DNA from: a virus
DNA length: 64,000 nt
Direction: 5' to 3' (one strand)
IMG/VR virus record: IMGVR_UViG_3300032093_000068
Location: 1 to 64,000 of that record
Made by a program: the position numbers and the translations under genes. Shown here piece after piece: positions 36,264 to 46,844 of the stretch; the stretch's first letter is position 1; each line of letters begins with the position of its first letter. The notes beneath the pieces were generated by a model. That model was not told where the DNA came from, made no database searches, and saw nothing but the letters and a program-made list of their open reading frames with translations.

Positions 36264-36644
36264 ATGGCACTAAGAGTAATGAGCGGAACCACATGTGGTT
36301 CAAATTCACCAATAACATTAGTAGCGGATGACGCAATAGCGTCTACAGCTTCAAGGGCATATCAACTTGATTCGGGTTTATGTGTTAATATAACCTTTAT
36401 TTCTACCGCAACTACTACAAGTGCTGCGACCGCTAACGTAGCTTATGGCCCATATACATCATGTACTCAGTGTATAACTCCTGCTAACTCAGGAGGTGTT
36501 ACTGCTAGAGATTGTAAAGATTGTGGGACAGGCTCATTCACCTCAACCACTTTTAACCAAGCTATCTATACAAACGGTCAAAATAGGGCGATTAGACAAA
36601 ATAATACAGTTGCTTTAGGTGGATTTAACGGTCTCAATAATTAA
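36264..36644 (+). CDS. Small Thr/Ala/Cys-rich putative virion protein
   Basis: Composition, CxxC pairs, TATTTAT at 36241. Confidence 0.65.
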   Translation: MALRVMSGTTCGSNSPITLVADDAIASTASRAYQLDSGLCVNITFISTATTTSAATANVAYGPYTSCTQCITPANSGGVTARDCKDCGTGSFTSTTFNQAIYTNGQNRAIRQNNTVALGGFNGLNN

Positions 36645-36853
36645 CTTTCTTTAGAAAGTAATCTTATACATTTAGACAACACTTCGGTTTCACCTATATT
36701 ATAAACACCCCTCTCAAAAGCGTGTTTCACAGCATGAATCAAAAGTACTGATGCAATACTTTTGTCCATAGTTTGCAAAATAGTTTCTAATTGTTCTTCA
36801 GAATTAATTTCTAATCTGTTAAATAGTACGGCTAGAGGTTGGTTGTTTTCCAT
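36641..36853 (-). CDS. Hypothetical protein
   Basis: 70-aa ORF. Confidence 0.6.
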   Translation of the reverse strand: MENNQPLAVLFNRLEINSEEQLETILQTMDKSIASVLLIHAVKHAFERGVYNIGETEVLSKCIRLLSKES

Positions 36854-36980
36854 TTTGTTTTGATTTCAAAAATAAAATCATTTCTTGATTTAAATCTTTA
36901 ACATATTGATAGTTATCTAAAACCACTTTACTGAATTGTTCAGACAAATTAGAAGGTGGATTTATATTTTTATTTTTCAT
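36819..36980 (-). CDS. Small hypothetical protein (53 aa; not in the ORF track)
   Basis: MKNKNINPPSNLSEQFSKVV.., downstream of TATATTTG at 37008-37015 (-). Confidence 0.4.
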   Translation of the reverse strand: MKNKNINPPSNLSEQFSKVVLDNYQYVKDLNQEMILFLKSKQNGKQPTSSRTI

Positions 36981-37030
36981 TTTTATATGTTTTTAGATAT
37001 TTATATGCAAATATAAACAATTTTTTTTAA

Positions 37031-37738
37031 ATGACAAATAAAATTAATGAAGCCACAGGCTCACTTTCTTCAGGAAAATATTCAAACGTTCCTTTAGTTC
37101 CAGGAGAAAGATTGTTTAATAAACAGCAAATGCAACCATTTTATATACCGACTTCAAAATATGATAGCGCTGAATTGGCATATGATAGTTACGATAAGAA
37201 AATGAGCACACCAAAAAAAGAAATTGAAAAGAAAGAGAAAATGGCAAGAAGAATATCAAAATACATAAAAAATCATCCAATACAAAGTGATGATGATGGT
37301 AATATTTTAACCGGTCCTATTCAGACAAATGAAGGTTGGATTGAGATTGATCAAAACACTGATGTTGATTTATTAACTGAGGATTTGGCCGTTTGGTTTG
37401 GCACAAAGAAAAAACCAAAAGGGTCTAAACAACCAAAGGGGCCTTGGGTTAACATTTGTAGAAAAAAGGAAGGTGGTGGTCACCCCCCTTGTGGAAGACC
37501 TGACGCATCATCTAAAGGGTATCCTAAATGTAGAGCTGCTGGAGTTGCTGCTAAAATGACTGATTCTCAAAAAAGATCGGCGTGTCAACAAAAAAGAAAA
37601 GCGGAAAAATCAAAACCTAAAACAGGAACGGGTAACAAACCAACAATGGTTTCGTATAAACCCAAAAAAAAGACCTCCAAAAATGAAGGTCTTAGGTTAT
37701 TAATTAAAAATATTCTTAACGAAGTTAAATCTTCTTGA
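37031..37738 (+). CDS. Hypothetical late protein with basic Cys-containing C-terminal domain
   Basis: EDLAVWF..GPWVNIC..PCGR..YPKCR; TATTTAT at 36998. Confidence 0.75.
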   Translation: MTNKINEATGSLSSGKYSNVPLVPGERLFNKQQMQPFYIPTSKYDSAELAYDSYDKKMSTPKKEIEKKEKMARRISKYIKNHPIQSDDDGNILTGPIQTNEGWIEIDQNTDVDLLTEDLAVWFGTKKKPKGSKQPKGPWVNICRKKEGGGHPPCGRPDASSKGYPKCRAAGVAAKMTDSQKRSACQQKRKAEKSKPKTGTGNKPTMVSYKPKKKTSKNEGLRLLIKNILNEVKSS

Positions 37739-38144
37739 GAATATCTGTTAAAGAGCAGGTAATTTGAGAATGTATTACCGTCTCATAAGATTTTCTGCGT
37801 TTTTCTATCTCATTATTAAATAGATAATTAACCCTACTCCAAGTTCTCGCCGTCATAAGTATTGAATAATGATATACGTGATTTGTCACAAAAGCTTGCT
37901 GGTGTTGCAAAGTTACATACATACCCAACCTATCATTAATTATAATTTTCTTATCTGAGATGGGGGCGTAAATTAATTCCGAGTCGTTTTGTTTGAGTAG
38001 TTTTCTTGCGATATGAAAACAGGTCTTTTGATACCTATCCATATCGGGATCCATTTTTTGGTCAAGCGGTCTTCTATTTAACCAAATATTGTATTTGGTG
38101 ATTAACCGACTAATTTTTCTTTTAAAGAATTGATAGATTGTCAT
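37725..38144 (-). CDS. Hypothetical protein
   Basis: 139 aa; TACCTTTG promoter upstream. Confidence 0.7.
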   Translation of the reverse strand: MTIYQFFKRKISRLITKYNIWLNRRPLDQKMDPDMDRYQKTCFHIARKLLKQNDSELIYAPISDKKIIINDRLGMYVTLQHQQAFVTNHVYHYSILMTARTWSRVNYLFNNEIEKRRKSYETVIHSQITCSLTDILKKI

Positions 38145-38186
38145 ACCTTGAATTTTGGAAATACAAAGGTATGGAAAATTTTTTAT

Positions 38187-38675
38187 TTAACAATAAGGTG
38201 GGGAACATTTTTTATTTCCGCTAGCGTCTGGCATTTTTCCTTTACAAACTTGTACAGCATAACCATTTGCATAAGCTGAGGGGTAGACCTTAAATTTAGC
38301 TTTAGCCGCCGATTTACCTCTTGCACAAAGTTTTGTACCTGTTTTTTTCTTCCCTTCTTCCATCATACCCACAAAAGATTTGTCCTCAATTTCTTGAGTT
38401 CCATCGCCTTTTGTATGGTTCATAATAAAATCAAATACTTGATCCATATTATTTTTTGCTTCGGCAATGTGGTCTTGAGCCCAATCGTGACCATCATCCA
38501 AAATTTGCTCAACCATATCTTGGTCTAATTCTAATAACATATCACATTGTCTTCTCATTTGTTCTAAATTTGAAAAGAACATATATCTATCTGAACGATC
38601 TTCATGCGATTCTTGTAAAACTCTTTTTACAATACTTTGTATATCTTGTTCTGTTAATTTGATAATTTTTTTCAT
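38187..38675 (-). CDS. Hypothetical late protein
   Basis: KKIIKLTEQDI leader; KLCARGK..KFKVYPSAYAN motif. Confidence 0.75.
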   Translation of the reverse strand: MKKIIKLTEQDIQSIVKRVLQESHEDRSDRYMFFSNLEQMRRQCDMLLELDQDMVEQILDDGHDWAQDHIAEAKNNMDQVFDFIMNHTKGDGTQEIEDKSFVGMMEEGKKKTGTKLCARGKSAAKAKFKVYPSAYANGYAVQVCKGKMPDASGNKKCSPPYC

Positions 38676-40165
38676 TTTTTATTAACAATTTGAAATTTAA
38701 TTTGTCTTTTATAAGTATTAACTTCACCATTTATTTCTAATTTTATATCAATGAAATATTCGTTTGGTATTTTATCTCTTGTGTCAAAAATAAAATAGTA
38801 TTCGGTTGGCGTTTTATTAATTTGTGTCCAATCTTGAACTTGAACCTCTGTTTGACCCTCCCTAACATAAACTCTATAAAATGCCCTGATTTTATTTAAA
38901 GGTTGGTTTGATGTATATTCTTTTTTTATTATAACACCAACTTTTCTGATATCCGTGTTAAGAATTTTTTCATCTTGTTTAATACCATAATAATCAAAAC
39001 CATAAACTGAAGGATCATTGGTTGATGTTCCAATTGAAATTGACGACGAATAAGGTCTTATAATCAATTCATTTTCTACGTTTGGTAATGGGACGCCATT
39101 TAACGAGATTCCGCTCCATACATCATTAAACGTGCAAGGAGACTTATACCCCAATATGGCGGGTATTATAACTTCATATACTCCTTTTGTTTTTCTGCAA
39201 GTTGTAAGTGAAGTTAATCCTGAAATCGGGTCACCCGAACTATCAAAAATTGTAACATAAGGATTTGAATCCAAATTAACCGGATTTCCATCATCATAAA
39301 CATAAAGATATAACTTATTTGCTTTTCCTAATGCAAATAAATCTCTATCATCTTGTATTAAATCATCATACGATGTTAGCAAATATGGTTCATAAAAAGT
39401 TTGAGTGTGGCGTGTAAAAAATTCAACCGAATAATAATTTGTGGTTGCGGTGAAATTCTCAATATTTGGGGTGTATGCAATTCCCCAACCTGTTACACCT
39501 GTAATTGTTCCATTTAAAATTCCGTTTATTTCATCTGTCATATCAAATGAAATGTTCTCATTTCCGAATTCAAAGTGCTGATGATCAATGATTGTAAGGG
39601 CTGAATAATTTAAACCAGTTTGAGCGGTCAAAGAATTTGAATTATCATAAATTCCCGGATTTGACCAACTATATGTTGTTTTTCTTGCAAACCAATTTGA
39701 TGGATTTATAGAATAGTTAGATAAATCATTATCCAATAAATTCAAATCAACTTGCGTTTCTAAGTTTATATTTTTTCCAATACCTTCGTCCCAAGTTTGG
39801 GGGTCTCCTGTATCTCCTGAAGATAGGGGTATTCTAAATAAAAACAAATCAAATGAGGTTGCTCTTGTTAGATAATCAAAAAACCTTTTTTGATTTATAA
39901 GGTCTTTTTCAAAAGTTGCGGTATTTGTTATTATCAATGTGTGTGTCATTGAACTTGTGCAACCTGTCTGAATTAGACCGTCATTTATTTTAGATTTTAA
40001 CAAATCTAAATTAATATCAAAAATAAACCTTGAGTACGTATATCTCGGTTCATTTAAATTTTCTAACCCATATACAAGTTCTGCTATGGGTTCTTGACCT
40101 GCATTTACAAATGAATTAAGAAAAATTGTATTATTTTTACTGAAATAAGAATTATTTATAGACAT
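38672..40165 (-). CDS. Putative virion structural protein
   Basis: 497 aa, beta-rich; TATTTAT at 40181-40187 (-). Confidence 0.7.
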   Translation of the reverse strand: MSINNSYFSKNNTIFLNSFVNAGQEPIAELVYGLENLNEPRYTYSRFIFDINLDLLKSKINDGLIQTGCTSSMTHTLIITNTATFEKDLINQKRFFDYLTRATSFDLFLFRIPLSSGDTGDPQTWDEGIGKNINLETQVDLNLLDNDLSNYSINPSNWFARKTTYSWSNPGIYDNSNSLTAQTGLNYSALTIIDHQHFEFGNENISFDMTDEINGILNGTITGVTGWGIAYTPNIENFTATTNYYSVEFFTRHTQTFYEPYLLTSYDDLIQDDRDLFALGKANKLYLYVYDDGNPVNLDSNPYVTIFDSSGDPISGLTSLTTCRKTKGVYEVIIPAILGYKSPCTFNDVWSGISLNGVPLPNVENELIIRPYSSSISIGTSTNDPSVYGFDYYGIKQDEKILNTDIRKVGVIIKKEYTSNQPLNKIRAFYRVYVREGQTEVQVQDWTQINKTPTEYYFIFDTRDKIPNEYFIDIKLEINGEVNTYKRQIKFQIVNKK

Positions 40166-40202
40166 TTCAAAAGTTTATCTATAAATATCATTTAAACACG
40201 AA

Positions 40203-41777
40203 TTAATTAATTCTTATTTGCTGATTTAAAATTGTGTTTGGAGCGTCCAAAAGTTTTTGTAAAATTTGAGCAGATTGGGTTCCATCTTGACCTACAGGAA
40301 CTGCAGCCAATCCGTGATATGGATGAACGTGAGATAATAAAAACTTAACGATTAATTCTATCAAATCCATCATTTTTTCACCTCTAATTAAAGGTTCGGT
40401 TTTTGATTCAATATCTAAATAGACATCTGGCGATATTCCATAAATTGTATCTTTTAAATTTATTTTAAGATCACCAATTTGAGTATCGTGAGATAGTAGA
40501 TAAAGTTTTTGGGCTCCTAATGACCCAATTGTTATATTTTGATTTGAATCTATAATGGGGGTTACTTTTTCTGTTTTAATTTTAAGTAAAGGTCCTAATG
40601 TATCTTTTGCAGAAACAATACCAAATCCAAAAGAATTTGATCCTTCAATTAATCCAACTTTTTGATAAATTGAGTATAGGTTATTTGACTCAACTGGTCC
40701 TCCTGCAGCATCCACCATTTTATTATAAAAATTTGGGTGGGGTCTATATGCAAACGGAAACTGTTTTCCTGATTCTGGTCTGAAAGGAATTGTTGTAAAT
40801 CCAGGGATATCAATTAACCCATTATTTAGTCCTCTAACATATTCGTTAATTAACTTAACTACCTCAACTGATGATTTAGCTTGGAAGAAAATACTGGCCG
40901 GTAATTTAACCCCTTTCCAATTTTCAACATCAGTATCAACTTTGAAATCTTTTGAGTTAACAGTTTCAGGTAAACCTTTTTTATTTATGTTGTATAAGTA
41001 TATATTTCCTGTAAAGGAGTCAGCTTGATTTTCAGGGTTTATGATATCATACTCAATTAGTAATATGAGTTTTTGAACGTCAGTTATAATTCTTGTTTGA
41101 GATGTTTGTTCTCCTTTTGTTTTTGTTGTTGTAAATCTGGCCAAGTCCAAAAACGCTCTTTTTTCATTTGATGTTGGTAAAGTCGTGGTTGGTCCGACCA
41201 AATCATTTGTTTTACCCGCCCTTAGTAAAGATCTATCTTGTTGTAAAATTAAATCAGCAGTTCCTCTACCCAAAATAGCATTATCTTCAGGTTCAGGAAA
41301 AACCCCAAAAGTTTCTTTTGGTATTTGACCACCAACTTCTTTTAAGAATTTTTGAGTTTTATAATTTTCACCACCTGATGAATTTGTTTTAGTTTGGGTT
41401 TCCGATTCAAAAATTGTGGATAACGGAGTGGATGGCGACGCTGGTAAATAAAACCTATTTCTATCAGAAAGATATCTTGACTGAGATGAAGGGTCTTGAA
41501 CGTAAGGATAAAATATATAAACTAACTCATCCTTTTTTGGTGTAATATTTGTGTAAAACGGTAATAAAGGTAAAATTACAAATGGATCATTTTCTTTCCA
41601 TTGACAAATTTGTTTTACATTAGTTTCTACTTCTGTAATATCTTTACAACCGCTAGGTACAGATTCTTTGATATCATCAAGTAATTCGATTTTTGGTAAA
41701 ACTCTTAACCTACCTAATCTTAAAGGGTCATCACTATCTAATACCCTACCCTCAAATATTATTTTACCCTGCACCAT
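40203..41777 (-). CDS. Baseplate hub/spike protein (gp5/VgrG-like)
   Basis: N-terminal GRVLDSDDPLRLGRLRV (OB fold) and C-terminal HVH spike-tip motif. Confidence 0.65.
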   Translation of the reverse strand: MVQGKIIFEGRVLDSDDPLRLGRLRVLPKIELLDDIKESVPSGCKDITEVETNVKQICQWKENDPFVILPLLPFYTNITPKKDELVYIFYPYVQDPSSQSRYLSDRNRFYLPASPSTPLSTIFESETQTKTNSSGGENYKTQKFLKEVGGQIPKETFGVFPEPEDNAILGRGTADLILQQDRSLLRAGKTNDLVGPTTTLPTSNEKRAFLDLARFTTTKTKGEQTSQTRIITDVQKLILLIEYDIINPENQADSFTGNIYLYNINKKGLPETVNSKDFKVDTDVENWKGVKLPASIFFQAKSSVEVVKLINEYVRGLNNGLIDIPGFTTIPFRPESGKQFPFAYRPHPNFYNKMVDAAGGPVESNNLYSIYQKVGLIEGSNSFGFGIVSAKDTLGPLLKIKTEKVTPIIDSNQNITIGSLGAQKLYLLSHDTQIGDLKINLKDTIYGISPDVYLDIESKTEPLIRGEKMMDLIELIVKFLLSHVHPYHGLAAVPVGQDGTQSAQILQKLLDAPNTILNQQIRIN

Positions 41778-41964
41778 TTTGTCTTTTCTGATATTCCTTT
41801 AATATTTTATTATAGTTAGATTCTATATTATCTAAATGATGAGTTAAAGTTATTATACCATTTTTTGTTCTATCAAACTCTGAATTTAAATAATCCATAG
41901 CTTTAACCAAATCCTTATTTGATTTATTTTGATAATCTGATAGTATTTCTTCTAAGTTTTCCAT
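41764..41964 (-). CDS. Small coiled-coil protein
   Basis: 66 aa in operon. Confidence 0.65.
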   Translation of the reverse strand: MENLEEILSDYQNKSNKDLVKAMDYLNSEFDRTKNGIITLTHHLDNIESNYNKILKEYQKRQNGAG

Positions 41965-41966
41965 TT

Positions 41967-43853
41967 TTAAACAAATTTACTAGCCCATTGTTTTGGAAGA
42001 GTTGGTCCTGCCGCATTAATAAGTGGAGGAATTACTATTTCATTCTTACCGTTTGCCCATAATTCATTAGCTTGCCCTTTTAATTCGGCGTAATTAGCGA
42101 CAAGTCCTAAATTAGGGCTACCATCTGGTAATGGACCTGTTGGTAATCCCAATTTTTGTAATTCAGAAATACTATTGACAAATGCTCTTTCTACTGAATA
42201 ACCTGGCAATAACGGCGCCGCAAATAACAAAGGGGCCGGAATTAAATTACCTCCAATACCGGGTAATTTAAGTAAAGCAAGTATTTGATCTAAAATATTT
42301 TTACACTGTCTCCAGTCTTGTATTATTTTAATTATCTGAATTAAAATAGCCACCAAATTCAAAATCATCGCATATTTCTTTAAAGATTTTTCTCTTGATA
42401 AATCAGATGCAATACTTCTTATTAAAGTAACAATTTCTCTTTTGACTATTTTGAATAATTCTCTTATAAATAAACCTCCAATTTTTGAAACAATACCAAC
42501 AAAAAAACCTTTATATTTTTTGGTAAATTCTTCCATTGAATTAATATCTACTTCTGCTTGTAATGATTTTAACATTATCATAAATCCTAAAAATATTTTA
42601 GGTCCAAATATTGAAGTTATTAATGATATTGGGAGTTTAAATATTGCAGAAAAATCGAAACTTAATTTGAAAGAAGCGTTAAGTTGTAATCCAAATCCTG
42701 AATTTTCTGTAAATGTGTTTGTTATATTATCAAACGCCGAAATTAATTCATTATCATTATCCTCATCTATAAAATTTAATTGATCTATGGCTTCTACGAT
42801 TTGTAATGAATTCACAGGAAATTTAACATTATCACAACCTTCAAATTCAACCGCTCTATTTTGTATATTATATACTTCTTGATCAATCGCTAATAAATCA
42901 ACCTCATTAAATTCAAAAAAATCATCATCTAAATTGTCTAATTCACCTGTTTTGGCAACACCGCTAACATCAATTTCGTTTCTCGTGTCAAAACATAAAC
43001 CAAGAACTCTAGCCATTATTCTTCCGAATTTAGAATTATCTTTTGTACCATTAACACCTAAATTTAATTCTGCCGAAATACAACCCGTTATTGCGTTCAT
43101 AAGTTCGGAAATTACCACATTAAATTCAACAAAAGACATTCTTTTGTAATAATCTCTTAAAAAAAAAACAATTTTATTTGGTGCGTTTTGTCTATTGAAC
43201 AAAACTACTTTGAAAAAGTCGCCTGGTTGTCCTTGGTCGTCTTGCTGTTCGTAAGATATGTCAAATAAATCTTGACCTGAGGCTCCTTTAAATTTATAAG
43301 GAAGTCCTTGATCAAGTATTCTTTGACGTAATTGACGGTTCATTGGATATTTAAAATCACCAGTGTTAAGGTTTTTTTGTCTTTCGTATTTTGTTTTTCC
43401 TACTTTTGATTCGGGATCTATTTTAAGGTTACCTTTAAAATCTACGTTTTTTACCTTAATGTATAGTGTTCGATTGCCGTCATATGTTTGTTGTTGTGAG
43501 CAACCAAGTAATTTAACTATTTCATCAACGACTATTTGTTCAATATCTGGTTTTATTGTTTTGATTGATTTTAATAAAACTCCTTTTAAGTATTTTGTTG
43601 AAGATAAACCGCTACCCCTATTCGATAAAATAAGTTTTATTAATTGTTGGAATTGACCCTCAACTTCTTTTTGCAATCTGTTTTTTTGATCTTCAATACT
43701 TTTTAAACCGTTTGCGATGCCACTATTAGCAGGTTCCGTTGAGCTATTCGCTTTTGCGGACAAGGATTTTATGTCTCCTTTTATTTGGCGAAATGTTTTT
43801 AAACTGGATATTTGTGTTTGCGCGTCGCCATAACCTTTTGCTAAATCTGCCAT
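41967..43853 (-). CDS. Hypothetical, putatively structural protein
   Basis: 628-aa ORF. Confidence 0.75.
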   Translation of the reverse strand: MADLAKGYGDAQTQISSLKTFRQIKGDIKSLSAKANSSTEPANSGIANGLKSIEDQKNRLQKEVEGQFQQLIKLILSNRGSGLSSTKYLKGVLLKSIKTIKPDIEQIVVDEIVKLLGCSQQQTYDGNRTLYIKVKNVDFKGNLKIDPESKVGKTKYERQKNLNTGDFKYPMNRQLRQRILDQGLPYKFKGASGQDLFDISYEQQDDQGQPGDFFKVVLFNRQNAPNKIVFFLRDYYKRMSFVEFNVVISELMNAITGCISAELNLGVNGTKDNSKFGRIMARVLGLCFDTRNEIDVSGVAKTGELDNLDDDFFEFNEVDLLAIDQEVYNIQNRAVEFEGCDNVKFPVNSLQIVEAIDQLNFIDEDNDNELISAFDNITNTFTENSGFGLQLNASFKLSFDFSAIFKLPISLITSIFGPKIFLGFMIMLKSLQAEVDINSMEEFTKKYKGFFVGIVSKIGGLFIRELFKIVKREIVTLIRSIASDLSREKSLKKYAMILNLVAILIQIIKIIQDWRQCKNILDQILALLKLPGIGGNLIPAPLLFAAPLLPGYSVERAFVNSISELQKLGLPTGPLPDGSPNLGLVANYAELKGQANELWANGKNEIVIPPLINAAGPTLPKQWASKFV

Positions 43854-43854
43854 T

Positions 43855-44217
43855 TTACTTTAATTTAAATGTTTTGTTAGATTCAATATCCTTTTTTATC
43901 AAATTATCAATTAGGTCATCATCCATATCTGATATTGAGAAACTTTCTTCATTATTTGAAGATTTTTCCCAAATGGATGATTGCAACTTTGAAAGTTGAA
44001 GTTTTTTTTCTACACAGTCGTTGATGATTTTTTGTTGTTTTTCAATTACAGGACCGATCAGAGTCATATCTTCAGGATCTTTCATCATTGACAACATCTT
44101 ATTTTGAATTCTTAATGCTGTACTTCTTTGTTCAACAAGTTCGTTATAGATTTCTTGCATTAACGAGAGCATTGACTCTTTAGTTAATTCTATTTTCTTT
44201 TTTTGAGGTCTAGACAT
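43855..44217 (-). CDS. Hypothetical coiled-coil protein
   Basis: 120 aa; TATTTAT at 44222-44228 (-). Confidence 0.7.
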   Translation of the reverse strand: MSRPQKKKIELTKESMLSLMQEIYNELVEQRSTALRIQNKMLSMMKDPEDMTLIGPVIEKQQKIINDCVEKKLQLSKLQSSIWEKSSNNEESFSISDMDDDLIDNLIKKDIESNKTFKLK

Positions 44218-44230
44218 ATTTATAAATATC

Positions 44231-44974
44231 CTATTTAACTATATTTTGCAACAAATCGTTGTAAGCCTTTTTATATTTTTTAAGACAAATTCTTATTTCT
44301 TTTGTTGATAAATTTGTCATTTCTCTAAGTGAGAGTAAAATAACATTCTTATTAAATTTATTATTATCTGAACTAATAAAGATATTGTTGTAGTTTATGA
44401 ATATTTCATATAATGATTCACCCAACTTTTTTTCGTTGTCTGTTAAATTATTTTCTTGTAAGATTTCATATAACTTATCTAAAAAACCGTTTATAATATC
44501 CTCGATTTCTATGGTATCTGAATCAAGATAATAAATTAAATCCTCCCTTGCTTCATTTTCTAAATCACTTGAAATGTCTTCATATGATATTTTTCGGTTC
44601 ATATCCTTTTGGTCTTTTATAATTTGACCCATAAGATAATTTTTACATATTGTTCCGAAATACGAATACGCCTTTTTTTCTTTTGATGGTTTAAATTTTT
44701 CAATTTTTGTCATCAAAAAAGAATGGGTATCCGCATGAATTTCATTAAAATCCATATCTTTTCTGTATAATTTATATCGTCTTATAATTGACGATATCAT
44801 TTTGTCCAAAGGTTTTCTCAAAGATTGGTTATAAATTTTGTTTTTTTCTTCAAATGTTGAAGCTGACAAATATAACCTTACAGCGGATTCTTCTTTTTCG
44901 TCAAAATAGTTATCAGAATTTTTCTTTTTGGATTTTCTTTTTGTTTCATTGACCGTGTCTGCACTTAACGTCAT
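44231..44974 (-). CDS. gp55-like late sigma factor
   Basis: KFKPSKEKKAYSYFGTICKNYL resembles the gp55/sigma region-2 segment F.P....AF.YFT.I. Confidence 0.6.
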   Translation of the reverse strand: MTLSADTVNETKRKSKKKNSDNYFDEKEESAVRLYLSASTFEEKNKIYNQSLRKPLDKMISSIIRRYKLYRKDMDFNEIHADTHSFLMTKIEKFKPSKEKKAYSYFGTICKNYLMGQIIKDQKDMNRKISYEDISSDLENEAREDLIYYLDSDTIEIEDIINGFLDKLYEILQENNLTDNEKKLGESLYEIFINYNNIFISSDNNKFNKNVILLSLREMTNLSTKEIRICLKKYKKAYNDLLQNIVK

Positions 44975-45780
44975 TAAACAGTTTGTGGTTCATATTTTAT
45001 TTGTCTATCAACAGTGAATAAATATTCTTTCTTTGCCGAATCAATCCAAAATTTGATTTCATCGGGAACCATTACTTCAGTTCCATTTTTATAATTCCAA
45101 AAAATTGATCCTTCTCTGAGATTAACATGTTTATATCCGATTTTCGGAATAGACATAATCTTTATTGAATTATGTGTCATTCTTAACATAAATTCATAAA
45201 CAAATGTCAATTTGAATGATGGTTTAAATTTGCCATATCTTTCAAATACAGATTTTTTAATTACCATACCTGATGATTGAAAGTTTTGATAATTCTGTAG
45301 AATTTCATTATTTAAAATTCCAATATCTGATGTAAAGTTTGTGGCAAATGTCGCTTCGTTTGTAAATCCGGCAAATACACCTTTGTTATCGATGTCAACA
45401 ACAATTGGTAAAAATGCGTCAACATCTTTATATGCGTTAACATATACTGCGACATTTTTGAACCATATACTTGAATACTCATCATCAAATTCAAAAAATG
45501 ATACCCACTCTGAACTAGAATTCTCAACTCCAAAATTTATTTGAGCAGCATAATTTGGTTCATTAGTCCATACAAGTTTTTTAACATTAATTTCACCAAA
45601 ATCATATCCTTCAATTGCGCTGACCAAAGTATCCTCGTCTGTATGAACTATGATAAGTTCGTTAAATGGTAATTTTTGTGTTTTTAAAGATGTAATCGCT
45701 TTGTCAAAAAGTTCGGAAAAATCTTTAACTCTTGCAGATTTGATCGGCAATATAACCGATAAATTTAATTTTTGATCCAT
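44974..45780 (-). CDS. GT2 (GT-A) glycosyltransferase
   Basis: LSVILP..ELIIV..INFGV..WVSFFEFDD. Confidence 0.75.
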   Translation of the reverse strand: MDQKLNLSVILPIKSARVKDFSELFDKAITSLKTQKLPFNELIIVHTDEDTLVSAIEGYDFGEINVKKLVWTNEPNYAAQINFGVENSSSEWVSFFEFDDEYSSIWFKNVAVYVNAYKDVDAFLPIVVDIDNKGVFAGFTNEATFATNFTSDIGILNNEILQNYQNFQSSGMVIKKSVFERYGKFKPSFKLTFVYEFMLRMTHNSIKIMSIPKIGYKHVNLREGSIFWNYKNGTEVMVPDEIKFWIDSAKKEYLFTVDRQIKYEPQTV

Positions 45781-45783
45781 ATT

Positions 45784-46842
45784 TTAAGTCGTTTCAATTT
45801 TAGTTAATTGTTCTTGGAATGGTTCCAATCTTGTTTGAATATATTTTGAGAATAATTCTATAATATCGTTTTCGTATTTTGCATAATCTGAATATTTGCT
45901 TGCAGTTTTTTCAATGTTCTGATAAAGCTCCTCACTTATATTATCTTCAAGCCAGTTATGCAAAAAGTCAGAAACAAAATCAACAATTTGATTATGGTCT
46001 CTGAGCCAAACTCCGTTATCTTCATTCATCCATTCAGGAAATAAGTTTGGTATTTTACCGATAACAGGAATTCCAACTTTCATAGATTCAAGTGGAAATG
46101 TTCCAAATCCACTTGTCGGGTCAATCCATACAGATAAAAAGCAGTCCTTCAAAGCACTTGCAAATTCTTTCTCAGATAGACCTCTCATATCTCGAAACGT
46201 TACCCAACGATATTGGGGGTATTTTAAATAAAAAGTTTTAATGAGGGTCATAGTATCACGCTGATCTCTTGTGTGAATTGCAATTATTGGTTTTGCCGGC
46301 AATTCTTGTTTTACGAAAACATCAGAAATAACAGGAGATAAAATATCAAAAGATATTCCTTTCATAATTGATGAAACATATTGCTTTTGATCCTCGGATG
46401 TTGTAATACATTTTGTAAAACCAAATTGAGACCAAGTTTGACCTGGCTGCAAAGTTTCCAAAACGTGGTCATAAGCTTGACATAAAACAATTTTTGCGCA
46501 AGGCAAATTTGTTAACTGAGGCATCACAAAGCCATATAATTCAGGAATTATAATAAAATCTTCGGGTGATACTTCCAAATTTTGACCTTCAATCGCTCGG
46601 TGGGGAAGTTCTTCCATAAATTCGTTACCTAACCAATTAGCCACGCCAGAATAATCAGGTTTCTCATGCAAAATAATAGGATTAAATCCGTTATTTTTTA
46701 ATGTATAGGCTATTCTATAAATGTTTGCAATAGAAGCCCTCGCATTTCCTTTGGTGTCTTGCACCATAAAATAAATCCTTGCCGATTTATTTTTCAAGTT
46801 CTCAATGGATTTTTCTAATTTTTGAATTTGTTCTTGAGTCAT
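45784..46842 (-). CDS. GT-B (GT4-like) glycosyltransferase
   Basis: SGFGTFPLESMKVGIPVIG. Confidence 0.7.
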   Translation of the reverse strand: MTQEQIQKLEKSIENLKNKSARIYFMVQDTKGNARASIANIYRIAYTLKNNGFNPIILHEKPDYSGVANWLGNEFMEELPHRAIEGQNLEVSPEDFIIIPELYGFVMPQLTNLPCAKIVLCQAYDHVLETLQPGQTWSQFGFTKCITTSEDQKQYVSSIMKGISFDILSPVISDVFVKQELPAKPIIAIHTRDQRDTMTLIKTFYLKYPQYRWVTFRDMRGLSEKEFASALKDCFLSVWIDPTSGFGTFPLESMKVGIPVIGKIPNLFPEWMNEDNGVWLRDHNQIVDFVSDFLHNWLEDNISEELYQNIEKTASKYSDYAKYENDIIELFSKYIQTRLEPFQEQLTKIETT

Positions 46843-46844
46843 GT

